Of a stretch of DNA of 64,000 nt, positions 26,876-40,037 are shown one piece after another. Both the position numbers and the translations under genes were made by a program. The stretch comes from the human T2T-CHM13v2.0 reference genome, Homo sapiens. Position 1 is the stretch's first letter; each line of letters starts with the position of its first letter. The notes beneath the pieces are model-generated. The model was not told the DNA's origin, searched no databases, and saw nothing but the letters and a program-made list of their open reading frames with translations. Where the stretch lies: assembly GCF_009914755.1 (NCBI RefSeq), contig NC_060945.1; one strand, given 5' to 3'.

Positions 26876-27658
26876 TGGATATATGCCAGACAGAGTGCTA
26901 ATAGCTGGTGTTACTGAAATTAAAAAGACTACTAAGTCCATAGGATATGGAAGAGTAAAGAATTCTAGATCATTTTGGGGTCCCTGTTAGTTTTTTATAT
27001 GCAGACAAATATTAGAAACAACAAAAAATAGTAGTGCATGTGAGACTACAAAGATGGACAGGACAAGTTAGGAGAGCTTTACATTTTAACATTAGAAATT
27101 GAGAGAGAATATCTTCTTTATTATGAAATAATTTGGAAATTACAATTTTAGTGAGCAAAGTATTTACAAGAAGGATAGTTTATGAGACAATTATCATTGA
27201 GAAAGGGAAGTATAACATCAATTCAACAGCTACTGGAGCCATGGAGTCTACACAGGAGGCAAAAGAGCTGCAGCAAAGGCCTCAGAGCAAAATAGAAACA
27301 GTCTCTCAAATGGATGAAAACAATCTAGCAAATTTTCACAAGGGTAATCAGTAGATGCTCCTTGCCAAGAGAAGGGATCTTTACCATGATGCAGAAGCTC
27401 TGCTGTACTGCACATGATAACCCAGCATCAGTTTTACTAAATTTGATTGTTCCTGGACTCAATAGAAGCTGAAGAATCATGAGTCACCAAGTCAGTGGTA
27501 GAAATGGAGGTAGCAGGATAGTGTCTCAAATGAACTTCTAGAACCATTATTCATAAATGATATACAATCCGGAATTGCTCTGCTATCATTAAGATGAACA
27601 AAGTAAACTCCATGTTCACCACTATTGCAACAATTCATTATTTCAAATATTTGAGTGC

Positions 27659-28231
27659 TCTATTAATGAAGGTTCTCCACAAAGGCAGGACAAGTAAAAT
27701 TAGCAGATGATATAGATATAGATATATACATACAGATAGATATAGATATAGATAGATGCACAAAAAATTGTTTTTTTAGAGGAATTAGCTTATATGATTA
27801 TGGAGGTTGAGAAGTCCCATGACAGGACATTTGCAAGCTGAAGGTTTTGGGATGCTAGTAGTACAACTCAGTTCAAGTCTGAAAGCCTCAGATCCAGAGG
27901 AGCTGGTGGTATAATTCCCCATTAGAGGGTGAAGGCCTGAGAATTCAGGGGGCCACTGGAGTAACTCCTAAGGCCCAAAGGCTAGAAGGGCTGGCGTTCT
28001 GATGTAGAGGCAGGAGAAGAAGTCTCCCAGCTCCAGGAGAAAAACAATCACCCTTCTTCCTTTTCTGTTCCATGTGGGCCCTCAACATTTTGGATGGTGC
28101 TGCCCACATTGAGGGCAGGTCTTCCCCACTCAGTCCACTCCCTCACATGCCAATCTCCTAGGAACACCCTCAGACACACCCAGAAATAATACTTTACCAG
28201 TTCTCTAGTTGACATGTAACATTAACCACCT
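27659..28231 (-). mobile_element. MLT2B-like (HERVL) solo LTR with internal (GATA)-like repeat
   Basis: ggttctcca...tatggaggttgagaagtcccatgacagg...ccctcagacacacccagaaataat...attaaccac. Confidence 0.85.
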
Positions 28232-28406
28232 TGAGAACCCAACACCTATTTACACCTATTTAAGTAGCAATGGGTTATCGCAGCACGAGGCTACTATTGA
28301 AGTTGTTCATGACTATGTCCGTTTATGAAGTAATTTAAAAGATTTTTTCAGTTACTTCCATTAATCGCAGCCCACATAAACTTTGTTAACATTATTAATT
28401 ACTAAG

Positions 28407-30604
28407 AATGTTTTCCTCATGTATTATTGGTACATTATAGAAAATGTAAACATCCCCCTAGGTAGAAGCCATCTATTTTGTTAGTGGTGAGAAGATTATA
28501 TTAATAATTCTTTTTTTAAATTTATTTCTTACATTTTAAGTTCTGGGATACATGTGCAGAATGTGCAGGATTGTTATATAGGCATACACGTACAATGGTG
28601 GTTTGCTGCACCCATCAACTTATCATCTACATTAGGTATTTCTCTTAATGTTGTCCCTCCCCTAGCCCTCTACCCCCTGACAGGCCCCACTATGTAATAC
28701 TCCCCTCCCTGTGTCCATGTGTTCTCATTGTTCAACTCCCACTTATGAGTGAGAACATGTGGTGTTTGGTTTTCTGTTCTTGCGTTAGTTTGCTGAGAAT
28801 GATGGTTCCCAGCATCATCCGTGTTCCTGCAAAGGACATGAACTCATCTTTTTATGTCTTCATAGTATTCCATGGTGTATATGTGCCACATTTTCTTCAT
28901 TCAGTCTATCATTGATAGGCATTTGGGTTAGTTCCAAGTCTTTGCTATTGTGACAGTGCTGCAATAAACATACATGTGCATGTGTCTTTATAGTGGAATA
29001 ATTGATAATCCTTTGGGTATACAACCAGTAATGGGATTGTTGGGTCAAATGGTATTTCTGGTTCTAGATCCCAGAGGAATCACCAGACTGTATTTCACAA
29101 TGATTGGACTAATTTGCACTCCCACCAACAGTGTAAAAGCATTCCTATTTCTCCACATCCTCTCTAGCATCTGTTGTTTGCTGACTTTTTAATGATCGCC
29201 ATTCTAACTGGCGTGAGATGGTATCTCATTGTGGTTTTGGTTTGCATTTCTGTAATGACCAGTGATGATGAAATTTTCCATATGTTTGTTGGCCACATAA
29301 ATGTCTTCTTTTGAGAAGTGTCTGTTAATATCCTTCACCCACTTTCTGATGGGGTCGTTTGTTTTTTTTCTTGTAAATCTGTTTAAGTTCTTTGTAGATT
29401 CTGGATGTTAGCCCTTCGACAGACGGATAGATTTCAATAATTTTCTCCCATTCTATAGGTTGCCTGTTCATTCTGATGATAGTTTCTTTTGCTGTGCAGA
29501 AGCTCTTTAGTTTAATTAGATCCCATTTGTCAATTTTTGGCTTCTGTTGCCATTGCTTTGGTTTTTTAGTCATGCAACTTCAGCAAAGTCTCAGGATACA
29601 AAATCAATGTGCAAAAATCACAAGCATTCCTGTACACCAATAATAGACAAACAGAGAGCCAAATCATGAGTGAACTCCCATTCACAATTGCTACAAAGAG
29701 AATACAACTTACGAGGGATGTGAAGGACCTCTTCAAGGAGAACTACAAACCATTGCACAAGGAAATAAGAGAGGACACAAACAAACAGAAAAACATTCCA
29801 TGCTCATGGATAGGAAGAATCAATATTGTGAAAATGGCCATACTGCCCAAAGTAATTTATAGATTCAATGTTATCCCCATCAAACTACCATTGACTTTCT
29901 TCACAGAATTAGAAAAAACTACTTTAAATTTTATATGGAACCAAAAAAGAGTCTGTATAGCCAAGACAATCCTAAACAAAAAGAACAAAGCTGGAGGCAT
30001 CGTGCTACCTGACTTCAAACTGTACTACAAGGCTACAGTAACAAAAACAGCATGGTACTGGTACCAAAACAGATATACGGACCAATGGAACAGAATAGAG
30101 GCCTCAGAAATAACGCCACACATTGCAACCATCTGATCTTTGACAAACCTGACAAAAACAAGCAATGGGGAAAAGATTCCCTATTTAATAAATGGTATTG
30201 GGAAAACTGGCTAGCCATATGTAGAAATCTGAAACTGGACCCCTTCCTCATACCTTATATAAAAATTAACTCAAGATGGATTAAAGACTTAAACGTAAGA
30301 TGTAAAACCATAAAAACCCTAGAAGGAAACCTAGGCAATACCATTCAGGACATAGGCATGGGCAAAGACTTCATAATTCTTTAATTCATATATTAATTCA
30401 TATATTAATATAATTCTTTAATGCCTACATAACAATCCTGTACATTCTGCACATGTATCCCAGAACTTAAAATATAATAAATAAATTTTAAAAAAGAATT
30501 ATTAATATAATCTTCTCACCACTAACAAAATAGATGGCTTCTACCTAGGGGGATGTTTACATTTTCTATTATGTATCGTACCAATAATACATGAGAAAAA
30601 CATT
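28407..30604. repeat. Inverted repeat pair: 28407-28585 and 30421-30604
   Basis: Manual alignment of the reverse complement: about 7 substitutions and one 5-bp indel over 179 bp. Confidence 0.95.
28510..30372 (-). mobile_element. 5'-truncated, 5'-inverted L1PA7-like element
   Basis: Minus-strand 3' end at 28510-29573; flips at catg (29571-29574) to plus-strand ORF2 (ORF 29609..30136); TSD ataattcttt (28504-28513 / 30373-30382). Confidence 0.95.
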
Positions 30605-32906
30605 TATAGTGACTTCTTTATTCCCTAGGCATTTTAATAGTCTGTATATGGAGTTGTAAAAAAAAAAAAAAAAAAAAAACTAAGCCATAGTCTGCTCTTG
30701 ACTAGGCCACAGAATAGTTGGCAAGACAAATGTGTAAAGAGATATGCATAATGCATTGCTGTAGACTTAATAAAATGTGGGGCAACAGTTGATGGAAAAC
30801 AAAAGAGGGAAGTACCTTGGGAGCCAGAAAAGGCTACACAGAGGAAGTGACACTTTAACTTGGTTTTGGTAGAACTTTCTAAAGGTTGAGAAAAAGTAGA
30901 AGGACAGTACAGAGACAAGACTCAGGCCAGGTACAAAACCGGGAAAGGTTCTCGGGAGTGAAAAGTCTGGCTGTGTGAGCTTCAGGCAGCCTGAGAACTT
31001 TCCATTTCATGCACAGGAAGAAAAGCAAAATTTCCAGTGAATTAACACAAAGTTTCTTTTGATTTCTTATAATGAGATAAAAGTTATAATTACACTATAC
31101 CTATACCAAGCAATGTTTTTTCTCTCTTTCTCTCTCTCTCTCTTTTTCTTTTCTTTGAATCTTGTGACCAGAAGTCTGGAACACAGAGTCTATACAGAAA
31201 AAAATTTCACTGAAGCAGCTGGGTTTCAATGCTTGGTACTAAATTTCCCTAGTCTTACAATACTGTTGAACATAAATTTGGGCCTCTCCAATATTGGCAA
31301 AAGCACATTTCATGAGGGGTGTAGACCTGTAGATGTGGGAGGATGGTATTTACCTATATCGCCTTTCCATCAAGTACATTGAATGTTGGAGACCATTTAA
31401 TAATTTGGCAAGTTAGAGTCGAGGACAAGTAAAAAGACAGCACCAGAAGTCTTTGCATATTGTTATGACTAAACAATATGATACTTTTCTTACCTTTTCC
31501 TTCAAAGCTACGCATGTAAATAAAAGCAATTTCTGCATTAATAAGCCAGCCCACAATAACTGGAAATACCAATAGAAAAATTGTACACATGCTATAAAAT
31601 TGAGGAAGGAACCATTAAAATTCCTCCAAAAAGCAAGATACTGATATGCACAGTTTTAATGTTTTACAGTCTGATATTAATATCTGCAGAAATTATACAA
31701 ACAATCTTTTGGTAATAATTGACATTATAAATAGCAATATTCTCATAATCTATAATGCTCTTTATGTATCAAAAATATAGATATAATTTCATTTTTATAT
31801 AGCAACGCAACTTTTTAATCTTTATTCAGTCTCAGTTTAGCATATTGTAAAATATAATGCTACAAAACTTCCCAAGATTTATATAGTTCCTTTGCAAAGA
31901 GAACATTAAAATCACCAGATCGAACATGAAACCATCAAGAAAACACCATTTTCTAATCAGCTTCATAGTATTAGGAGAATTCCTTGGGATAACCTTGGCC
32001 CCAATTTTACCTTTTCATCTTTTTAAGAGGATACCCAGGAGCATTTACAGATATTCACAAGTAAACAAGTGTTTATCTAATTGACCATGTTTCCAGCTAC
32101 AATTCCATCTTCATTGAAAGAGAAAAAACCTCTTCCTGAGTGTCAAACCCTCCTTTGGCTCAGCATTTCTTGGAAATTAGAACAGACAGTTTGAGATCAT
32201 GTGTAATGACATAAGACAATAGAACTCTGTCATTTAAAAATCTGACCCACGGGATGACAATCTTTGAATACTGCTTTGGAGATTTATTTTCTCATTAGAA
32301 TCTGCTTTATTTTTATAATTTCCTACAGGAACCATTCAGGACCGTACAAGGTTCAAAAGGAAGGGCAAAAAAAGAAATTCTTTTGGAGTTTTCTCCTGTG
32401 AAAGTATCTCTATGACACCATGGTTATTTTAAGGGACAAATTGTAATTGTAGAGAAGAACAAGGTCATATTGAATTAAAGTAAATTATTCTGAAACAATT
32501 TCAGCATATGATAAAATGGTTTTGAAGAAATATTCTCATCTGTACGTTAATGAAAAACATTTAAAAAATCTAGAACCCACATTGTGTGAGCATGTCTATT
32601 GACAGAAGGAAATTAAAAAGAAAATGAAGGCTTGTGAATTAGAAAATAATAATCTGAGTGATTAGAGTTTTATACCCTCAAGCAGTATTCAAACACAAGT
32701 AAATCAAATCTGATGTAGGTAAGAAGTTTTAGGACGGATGGTAAAAATGAGATCACACCGAATGTCCATGGAAATGTTGGAATTACGAATTCTTGCCTCT
32801 TTTAGTTCCAAAGGGCCAGTTTTCGGGGATGGAAGCGAACATATATTCATGAAAATCTTCAAACAGGCCATGTTTCTGTCTTAAAAGCTCCAGAATAAAA
32901 GATCTT

Positions 32907-32933
32907 TGTGTGTGTGTGTGTGTGTGTGTGTGT
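32907..32933. repeat. (TG)n microsatellite
   Basis: Seen directly. Confidence 0.95.
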
Positions 32934-34199
32934 TTTAGAATAATATGAGTCCAAGGTAGGAAGGAACATATTGTTTCATGTAACAATAAGAATGGAAATT
33001 GATTTGTTTCTCACTTCCTGAATTTTCCTGAACTCATCTTTATCTAGTCATCTGACTCATTTCCTTGCCTAAATTAGAATGAAACTTGAACATTATTTAT
33101 AATTTTATTCAGGCTAAAATTAATTCTGTGGAAAGGTCAAGTTTCCTATGACACATTCCTCTTTCTTTGAGCTGGAAGTTGCTATAGTCGCATCGCTTCT
33201 CCTGAAGGAAATTAGACCAGATTGGCCTATCACATTTTCTTCTGTGGAGAAGCTTAACATGCTTAATGCAGAAAAAGTTTAGGAAGATTTAAAAAGAAAT
33301 GCTAAGTGTAAATTGCAAAGTCATAAATACTATTAATAAATCAATACAAATTGAAATTGATAAAAAATGTTATCCAAACAGCTTGATAACAAAAGTATCA
33401 AATCTAATACTCCAAAGCAAATATTTCCCTTTAAAAATCATAGTATTGATATTCAGAAGAGACCTGAATATTTTTTTTGACCACAGTAAGAGCAGAGATA
33501 CAATTGTAGTGGTAGAGACAGAAAATTCTTATTGATGTTTTTCTGTTAAAAAGATCCTGAAATCTAAAATCTGTTCTGGTCTTATTATTGCCACATTGCA
33601 AAAACTGTAATATGTAAAAGATACTCACTCCTAAATTGTTAAATTGAAAATAGCAACACCATTACAAATTAGCTGGGTCAGAGACTAAGCTTGGAGTGCT
33701 CCATAAGTTGACTTGGCAACTTTCATCTCCTGAATTGAGAAACTAATCTGTGTCATTTAAGAAATTGCTTGGGAATATTTGTTCAGCAATAATCCCCTCC
33801 TGGTTGCCACACACTCCCCAAAATGCCATGATTTTATGTATAATGAGAGGCTGAAATGATCCAAGAATCTTGGATTTGTCCCAACACCTAGTGAGCTTGG
33901 CCTGAAACATAAGAATGTTGGATCAGAAAAGAACCTCAAAATTGCAACTGAATGTCATCTTGACTTCTCTGTAGCAAGGAGATAATTGTTAGGCAATGTC
34001 AAAGAAATTAAAATAAAGCAAATAAAATATTAATGCTAAATATATAATTGACTGATTATTTATAAATATCTTCCAGATTCATTATGGCATAAAGAACATA
34101 TAGCCTTCCCATTTGGAATATATGACATTGTAGGATAGAGAGATAATATAAGGAAACAGAATACTGGAAGAATAGTGGTGATATCATCAGAAAGGGTAA

Positions 34200-34700
34200 A
34201 ATTTGACATGGTAAATAGTTTGGAAGATAAATATAATTTATTCAATTTAGATTTAGTGAGCTCATGCTAATAAAGAGGCATTTTAGTGGAATATTCCATA
34301 GGTAAGTGGAATTACCAAACTACAGCTTCAGGGAGTTTGGAAGTAGAGATATACCTTTAAAATCTTGAAGACAGATGTAGTTAGTTTTGCCATGCATCTC
34401 TTTAGGGGATAGAAAGTAAACCAGTGAAGGACTAGGCAAACCTCTGGAAGCAGCAGAATTGTGAGCTTATAGAAGTTGAATAAGCACAGTGTGATTTCAT
34501 AGAGCCTAAGGAGCTCACAAAAGATAAATTCTGTAACTGTGTCTCCTGAGTTTGAAGCAGGTTTAAGACCATAGGATTTGAGAAGAACCACGTTGAATTT
34601 TGTGAGTGTGATTTCCACTGAATGTTGTGAGTAGCAACCAGACTTCAAGGCATTAAAGAGGAAATAAATGTTGCCAAAATGACTAATAGAAATACACCAC
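34200..34700 (-). mobile_element. L2 remnant
   Basis: tttagtgagctc...agtggaatattccataggtaagtgg...cagggagtttggaagtagagatata resembles the purine-rich L2 reverse strand. Confidence 0.55.
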
Positions 34701-35941
34701 TAATATGAGATATTCTATAAGAAAACATAGCTGGGGAAAGATAATTCTGCTTTTAAAAAAGTATTTACTTGTTTTATTGTTTTTTGATGTAGAAGAAATC
34801 TCAACTTCTTTACAGACAGGGATAAAAAATCTATTTTCAGTATAGATTTGAGAATGTGTCGGCTAAAGAAGCAACAATTTAATGAACAACAAATATTAGG
34901 CAATGTCTTATTTCTTCTCCAGAAAAAAACAATTCTTCTATTCCCCGTGTTTTACAGGGGTGGGGGTCTTTATGCTTGCCAGTTTCTGTAGCCAGATAGC
35001 TATTCTTCCCCTGTTATTCATTAATATGCTCTGTCCTACGATCTAAATGATTCACATACTGTTCATTATAGCTAGCCTGTTCTTCATTGCTCTAAATTTC
35101 AAGGATATTTGACCACTTTCCTCATGTACCTTTAGTATTTCCTTGACTCTGTGCTTAAGGAGGCACTATCTCATCTTTTAAAATGCTTTTAACTCTTGTG
35201 TTTCCTCTAAAATTTTTGTTTCTGTGAAATAGCATCTTCCTTAAAAAGTGTCTTTTATCTTTTCTGATAGAATTCTATATCAGTTGATTTTGCTATTTTT
35301 TTTTTGGTTATTGAAAATACTAAAAAGGACAGATTGTAATACAACAGAACATAATACTTGCACGTAACTTAGTAAAGCCAGTTACAGGGAGGCAAGATTA
35401 AAGTGATAGCAATGTTTAGCCATTTTAATGCAAGGGTTAAAATGTTTGCATTCAAATCAGTGAAGAACTTTACTTTCTTTCTTAAAATTTTGAAACACAC
35501 AGCTCAAGGTTTTATTTCCTGACAAGTGTTTCTGTCATTCTATGCCATTGCTTAATTCTTTGTCATTAGTTGAGATCAGAGCCATATGCTTTGAAACCAA
35601 ATAATCAAGTGGCAGGGTTCAAATTCTGTTTTGAAAGCTGTCACCTGATGTGAAATTTGGGGTAACATTTTTAACCTAATTATAAAGCAAAGCCAGATTC
35701 TATAAAAGGAAAAAGAAGAGGTAATGATAGAGGACATTAATAGATTATATAATAATTACACGATAATATATATGATATAATAATCTTATATAATCATTCA
35801 CTAATGTCCATATGTACTAGGTATGTAATCCACTACTATTCTTGAGGTACTGGGCCCTGTGATTTTGATGCTCATTTTTTCTTCCTACTTCACTGGAGAG
35901 AGAGAGGTGATCAGCTGGAATTTCCTCATAAGATGCTCATA

Positions 35942-36415
35942 GTGTGTGTACCTACGTGTATATATATTTTTTATATTATATATATGTGTGTGTGTGTATA
36001 TATATATACACATATGTACACACTGAGAATATATATATATTTTATATTATACATGTGTGTATATATATACACATATGTACACAAACCATAGTATATATAT
36101 GCATTATAGGCTATCAGCAGTTAAGTTTGGGGCTAATATATATACATAGTATCTAGATATAGTGCATATATATTCTATGTATAGTGTGTGTGTATATGTC
36201 TGTGTACATACATATATATGTGTATATATGTACTATGTATAGTATATATAGTATATATGTGTAAAAGTGCATATATATACATTCTGTGTGTATATATACT
36301 AAATATAGTATATACATATGTATGTACATATACAAATACATATATACACAGTACAGTATATAAGTAAGTATATATGTATAAAAATACATACACAGTATAC
36401 ATACAAATATATTGT
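35942..36415. repeat. (TA)/(CATA)/(TG)-rich low-complexity tract
   Basis: Seen directly; includes a ~55-60 bp internal tandem duplication (35961-36022 / 36031-36083). Confidence 0.95.
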
Positions 36416-36828
36416 ATTGCATAAGTCCACTTGTATGTGGATTTTCTTCCTTCTCTGTCATCCCTGAGAGAGAAAGATCAACCCTTCCTCTTCCTGCTCT
36501 TCCTTAACCTAATCAACATGAAGACTATAAGAATGAAAACCTTTATGATGATTCATTTCTACTTAATAAATAGCAAATATATTTTTCTTCCTTTTTATTT
36601 TCTAAATAACATTTTCTTTTCTCTAGCTTACTTTATTGTAAAAGTACGCTATAGAAAACATAATTTACAAAATATGTGTTAATTGTGTATGTTATTGTAT
36701 TGATAAGACTTCTGGTTAATAGTAGGCTATCAGTAGTTAAGTTTGGGGATATCAAAAGTTATACACAAATCTTCCACTACATGTGTGGGAGTGTTGACAC
36801 CCCCAACCCTGCATTGCTCATGGGTTAA

Positions 36829-36830
<2 letters not shown>
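36415..36830 (+). mobile_element. Tigger2a (MER28) DNA transposon, left terminus eroded
   Basis: gtccacttgtatgtggattttcttcc...ctttatgatgattcatttctacttaat...ctctagcttactttattgtaa...ccccaaccctgcattgctcatgggttaa. Confidence 0.85.
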
Positions 36831-37583
<753 letters not shown>

Positions 37584-39737
37584 GTCAACTCTACATATCT
37601 TAACTTGGAGAGAAAACAAACTAGGGAGGGCGGCGCAAGATGGCTGAATAGAAGCTTATATCATTCGTCACCCCCACAAGAATACCAAATTGTTACAACT
37701 AAATGTGCACAAAAGCACCAACACAAGAACCAAAAATCAGGTGAGCAATCACAGGACTTGATTTTAACTTCACTGAAAGAGACATGAAGAAGTCAGGAAA
37801 GACAGTCATGAAGTGTCAATTCCACTCCACTTCATCCCCAGATTCTCAGCAGCCTCGGAGCACAGAGAATCTGTGCACTTGGGAGAGAGAGATAGTGCAG
37901 TGATTGTGAGGCTTTGCATTGAACTCAGTGCTACCCTGTCATAGCAGAAAGCAGAACCGGGCTGTACTAAGCTGACATGCACACACAGAGGAAGCATTTG
38001 GAACAGCTCTGGCCAGAGGGGAGTTGCCCATCTCAGAGGTCAGAACTTGAGTTCCACCAAAAAGCCTCACCGTCATTGATTGGCTAGTGAGCTCTGGGGC
38101 TCTAAGTAAACTTGAGGCACAGTCTAGGCCACGAAGACTGCAATTTTTGGCAAGTGCTAGTGCTGAGTTGGGCTCAGAGCCAGTGGACTGGGGGAGAGTC
38201 ATGTGATCTACTGAGACACGAGCCAAGGCAGCTAAGGGAGTGCTTGCCCCACTCCTTCCACCCTTGCAGCAGCCACGTGGCACAGAGAAATCTGTGCACG
38301 TGGGTAAGCGAGAGCACAGTGCCTGGGGGACTATACTTTGAACTTAGGGCTGCCTTAGAATGGCGAAGACCTGGCAAGATTCATCACCTGCTTACTAAAG
38401 AGCACCTGGCCCCTAAATAATTAACAGAGGTAACCAGGTCTGGGGCTCTGAGACATGCTGGCTTCAAGTGTGACCCAGCACACTTTCAGCTGCGGTGGCT
38501 ACAGTGCAAGTCTCCTTCTGTTTGAGAAAAGCAGGGGAAAAAGAGGACTCCGTCATCCACCTTAGATACCAGCTTGGCCACAGCGGGGTAGATCACCAAG
38601 TAGGATCTTGGGATCCCTGAGTCAAGGCTCAGGCTCTTGGTAATCATTGCTGGACCTCTTATGGAATAGAGGGGAGCCCACTGCCCTGAAGTTTGAGCCC
38701 CAGGCCTGGGAGCTTTGACCACGAGCTGACAGAAGAGTCCCTGGACTTTGAGTGAACCTCAGTGGTGGCCTGGCAGAAAGCCCCATGGGCTGGTGGTGGT
38801 AGTGGCCATAAGGAGAGGATCCTCTGCTTGTGTAAAGGGAAAAGAAAAGTGGGAAAAACTTTTTCTGGAGGTTTTCATGCCAGTTTAGCCACAGTAGAAT
38901 AAAACACTAGGTACATTTCTAAGGCTTTTTTATTTTAATTTCTGGCTCCCAGACACCATCTCTGGACCCACTCAGGGGTTAGGAAAATTCATCATCCTGA
39001 ATGGGGGGAAACCAACCTGGCTGACTTTGCCACCTGTTGAAAATAGGGCCCCAGAGCCCCCATGTGACCTTAAATGGTAGCCAGGGAGTGGTTACATACA
39101 GTGAGACCCAGTGCTGTGCTGGCTTCAGGTCTGAACCAGCTCAGTCTCGGTGGTGACACCACAGAGGTTCTCATGTTCTGCTATCCCCAGTTCCAGGAGG
39201 CTCAGTGTAGAGTAAGGGAAAAGAACAAGAGTCTCTGCCTGATAATCCAGAGAATTCTTCCGGATTTTATCCAAGACAAGCAAGGCAGTACTTCTATGCA
39301 TCTGCAAGAACCGCAGCATTATTGGGTTTGGGACCCAAGTCCCTTAGAATATCTGGAAAGCCTTCCCAGGAAAGACAGTTACAAACAAGCCCAGACTGCA
39401 AAAACTACAATGAATACCTAACTCTTCAATGTCCAGACAATGACAAACATCTACAAGCACCAACACCATACAGGAAAGCAGGACCTCAGCAAATGAGGTC
39501 ATAGGTTCATTGCCCCCTCTGTTAACCTGTTATTTACCTGGTATGGAAATAGGGTGCTGCTGAGCAGAAATGAGCAGTGGGAACACTTCTTTCCCCTCGG
39601 AAAACAGGAGAAAGAAGTGCTAACAGCATCTGGGGTAAACTGCACTAAAAACCTTGCTCTAGGCTGGTTGCGGTGGCTCACGCCTGTAATCCCAGCACTT
39701 TGGGAAGACGTTTACAACCTTTAAAACAGAGGTTTCA

Positions 39738-40037
39738 GGCCAGGCATGGTGGCTTATGCCTATAATCCTAGCACTTTGGGAAGCCGAAGTGGGCGGATCA
39801 CGAGGTCAGGAGATCGAGACCATCCTGACTAACACGGTGAAACCCCATCTCTACTAAAAATACAAAAAATTAGCTGGGTGTGGTGGCACGTGCCTATAGT
39901 CCTAATTATTCAGGAGGCTAAGGCAGGAGAATTGCTTGAGCCTGGGAGGTGAAGGTTTCAGTAGGCCGAGATTGCACCACTGCACTCCAGCCTGGGCGAC
40001 AGAGTGATACTCCATCTCAATAAAAACAAAACAAAAT
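39738..40037 (+). mobile_element. AluSc-like, inserted in L1
   Basis: TSD aaaacagaggtttca (39723-39737) / aaaacagaggtatca (40038-40052). Confidence 0.97.

Noticed and set aside
29609-30384. 175-aa and 110-aa ORFs
   Set aside because: L1 ORF2 pieces in the inverted segment of a truncated L1PA7-like copy; no promoter or N-terminus.
30658-30679. Poly-A tract as the tail of another retrocopy
   Set aside because: No upstream AATAAA at a suitable distance and no TSD; it sits in probable L2-derived sequence.
35944-36461. Tyr/Ile/His-rich ORFs
   Set aside because: Translations of the TA/CA low-complexity tract.
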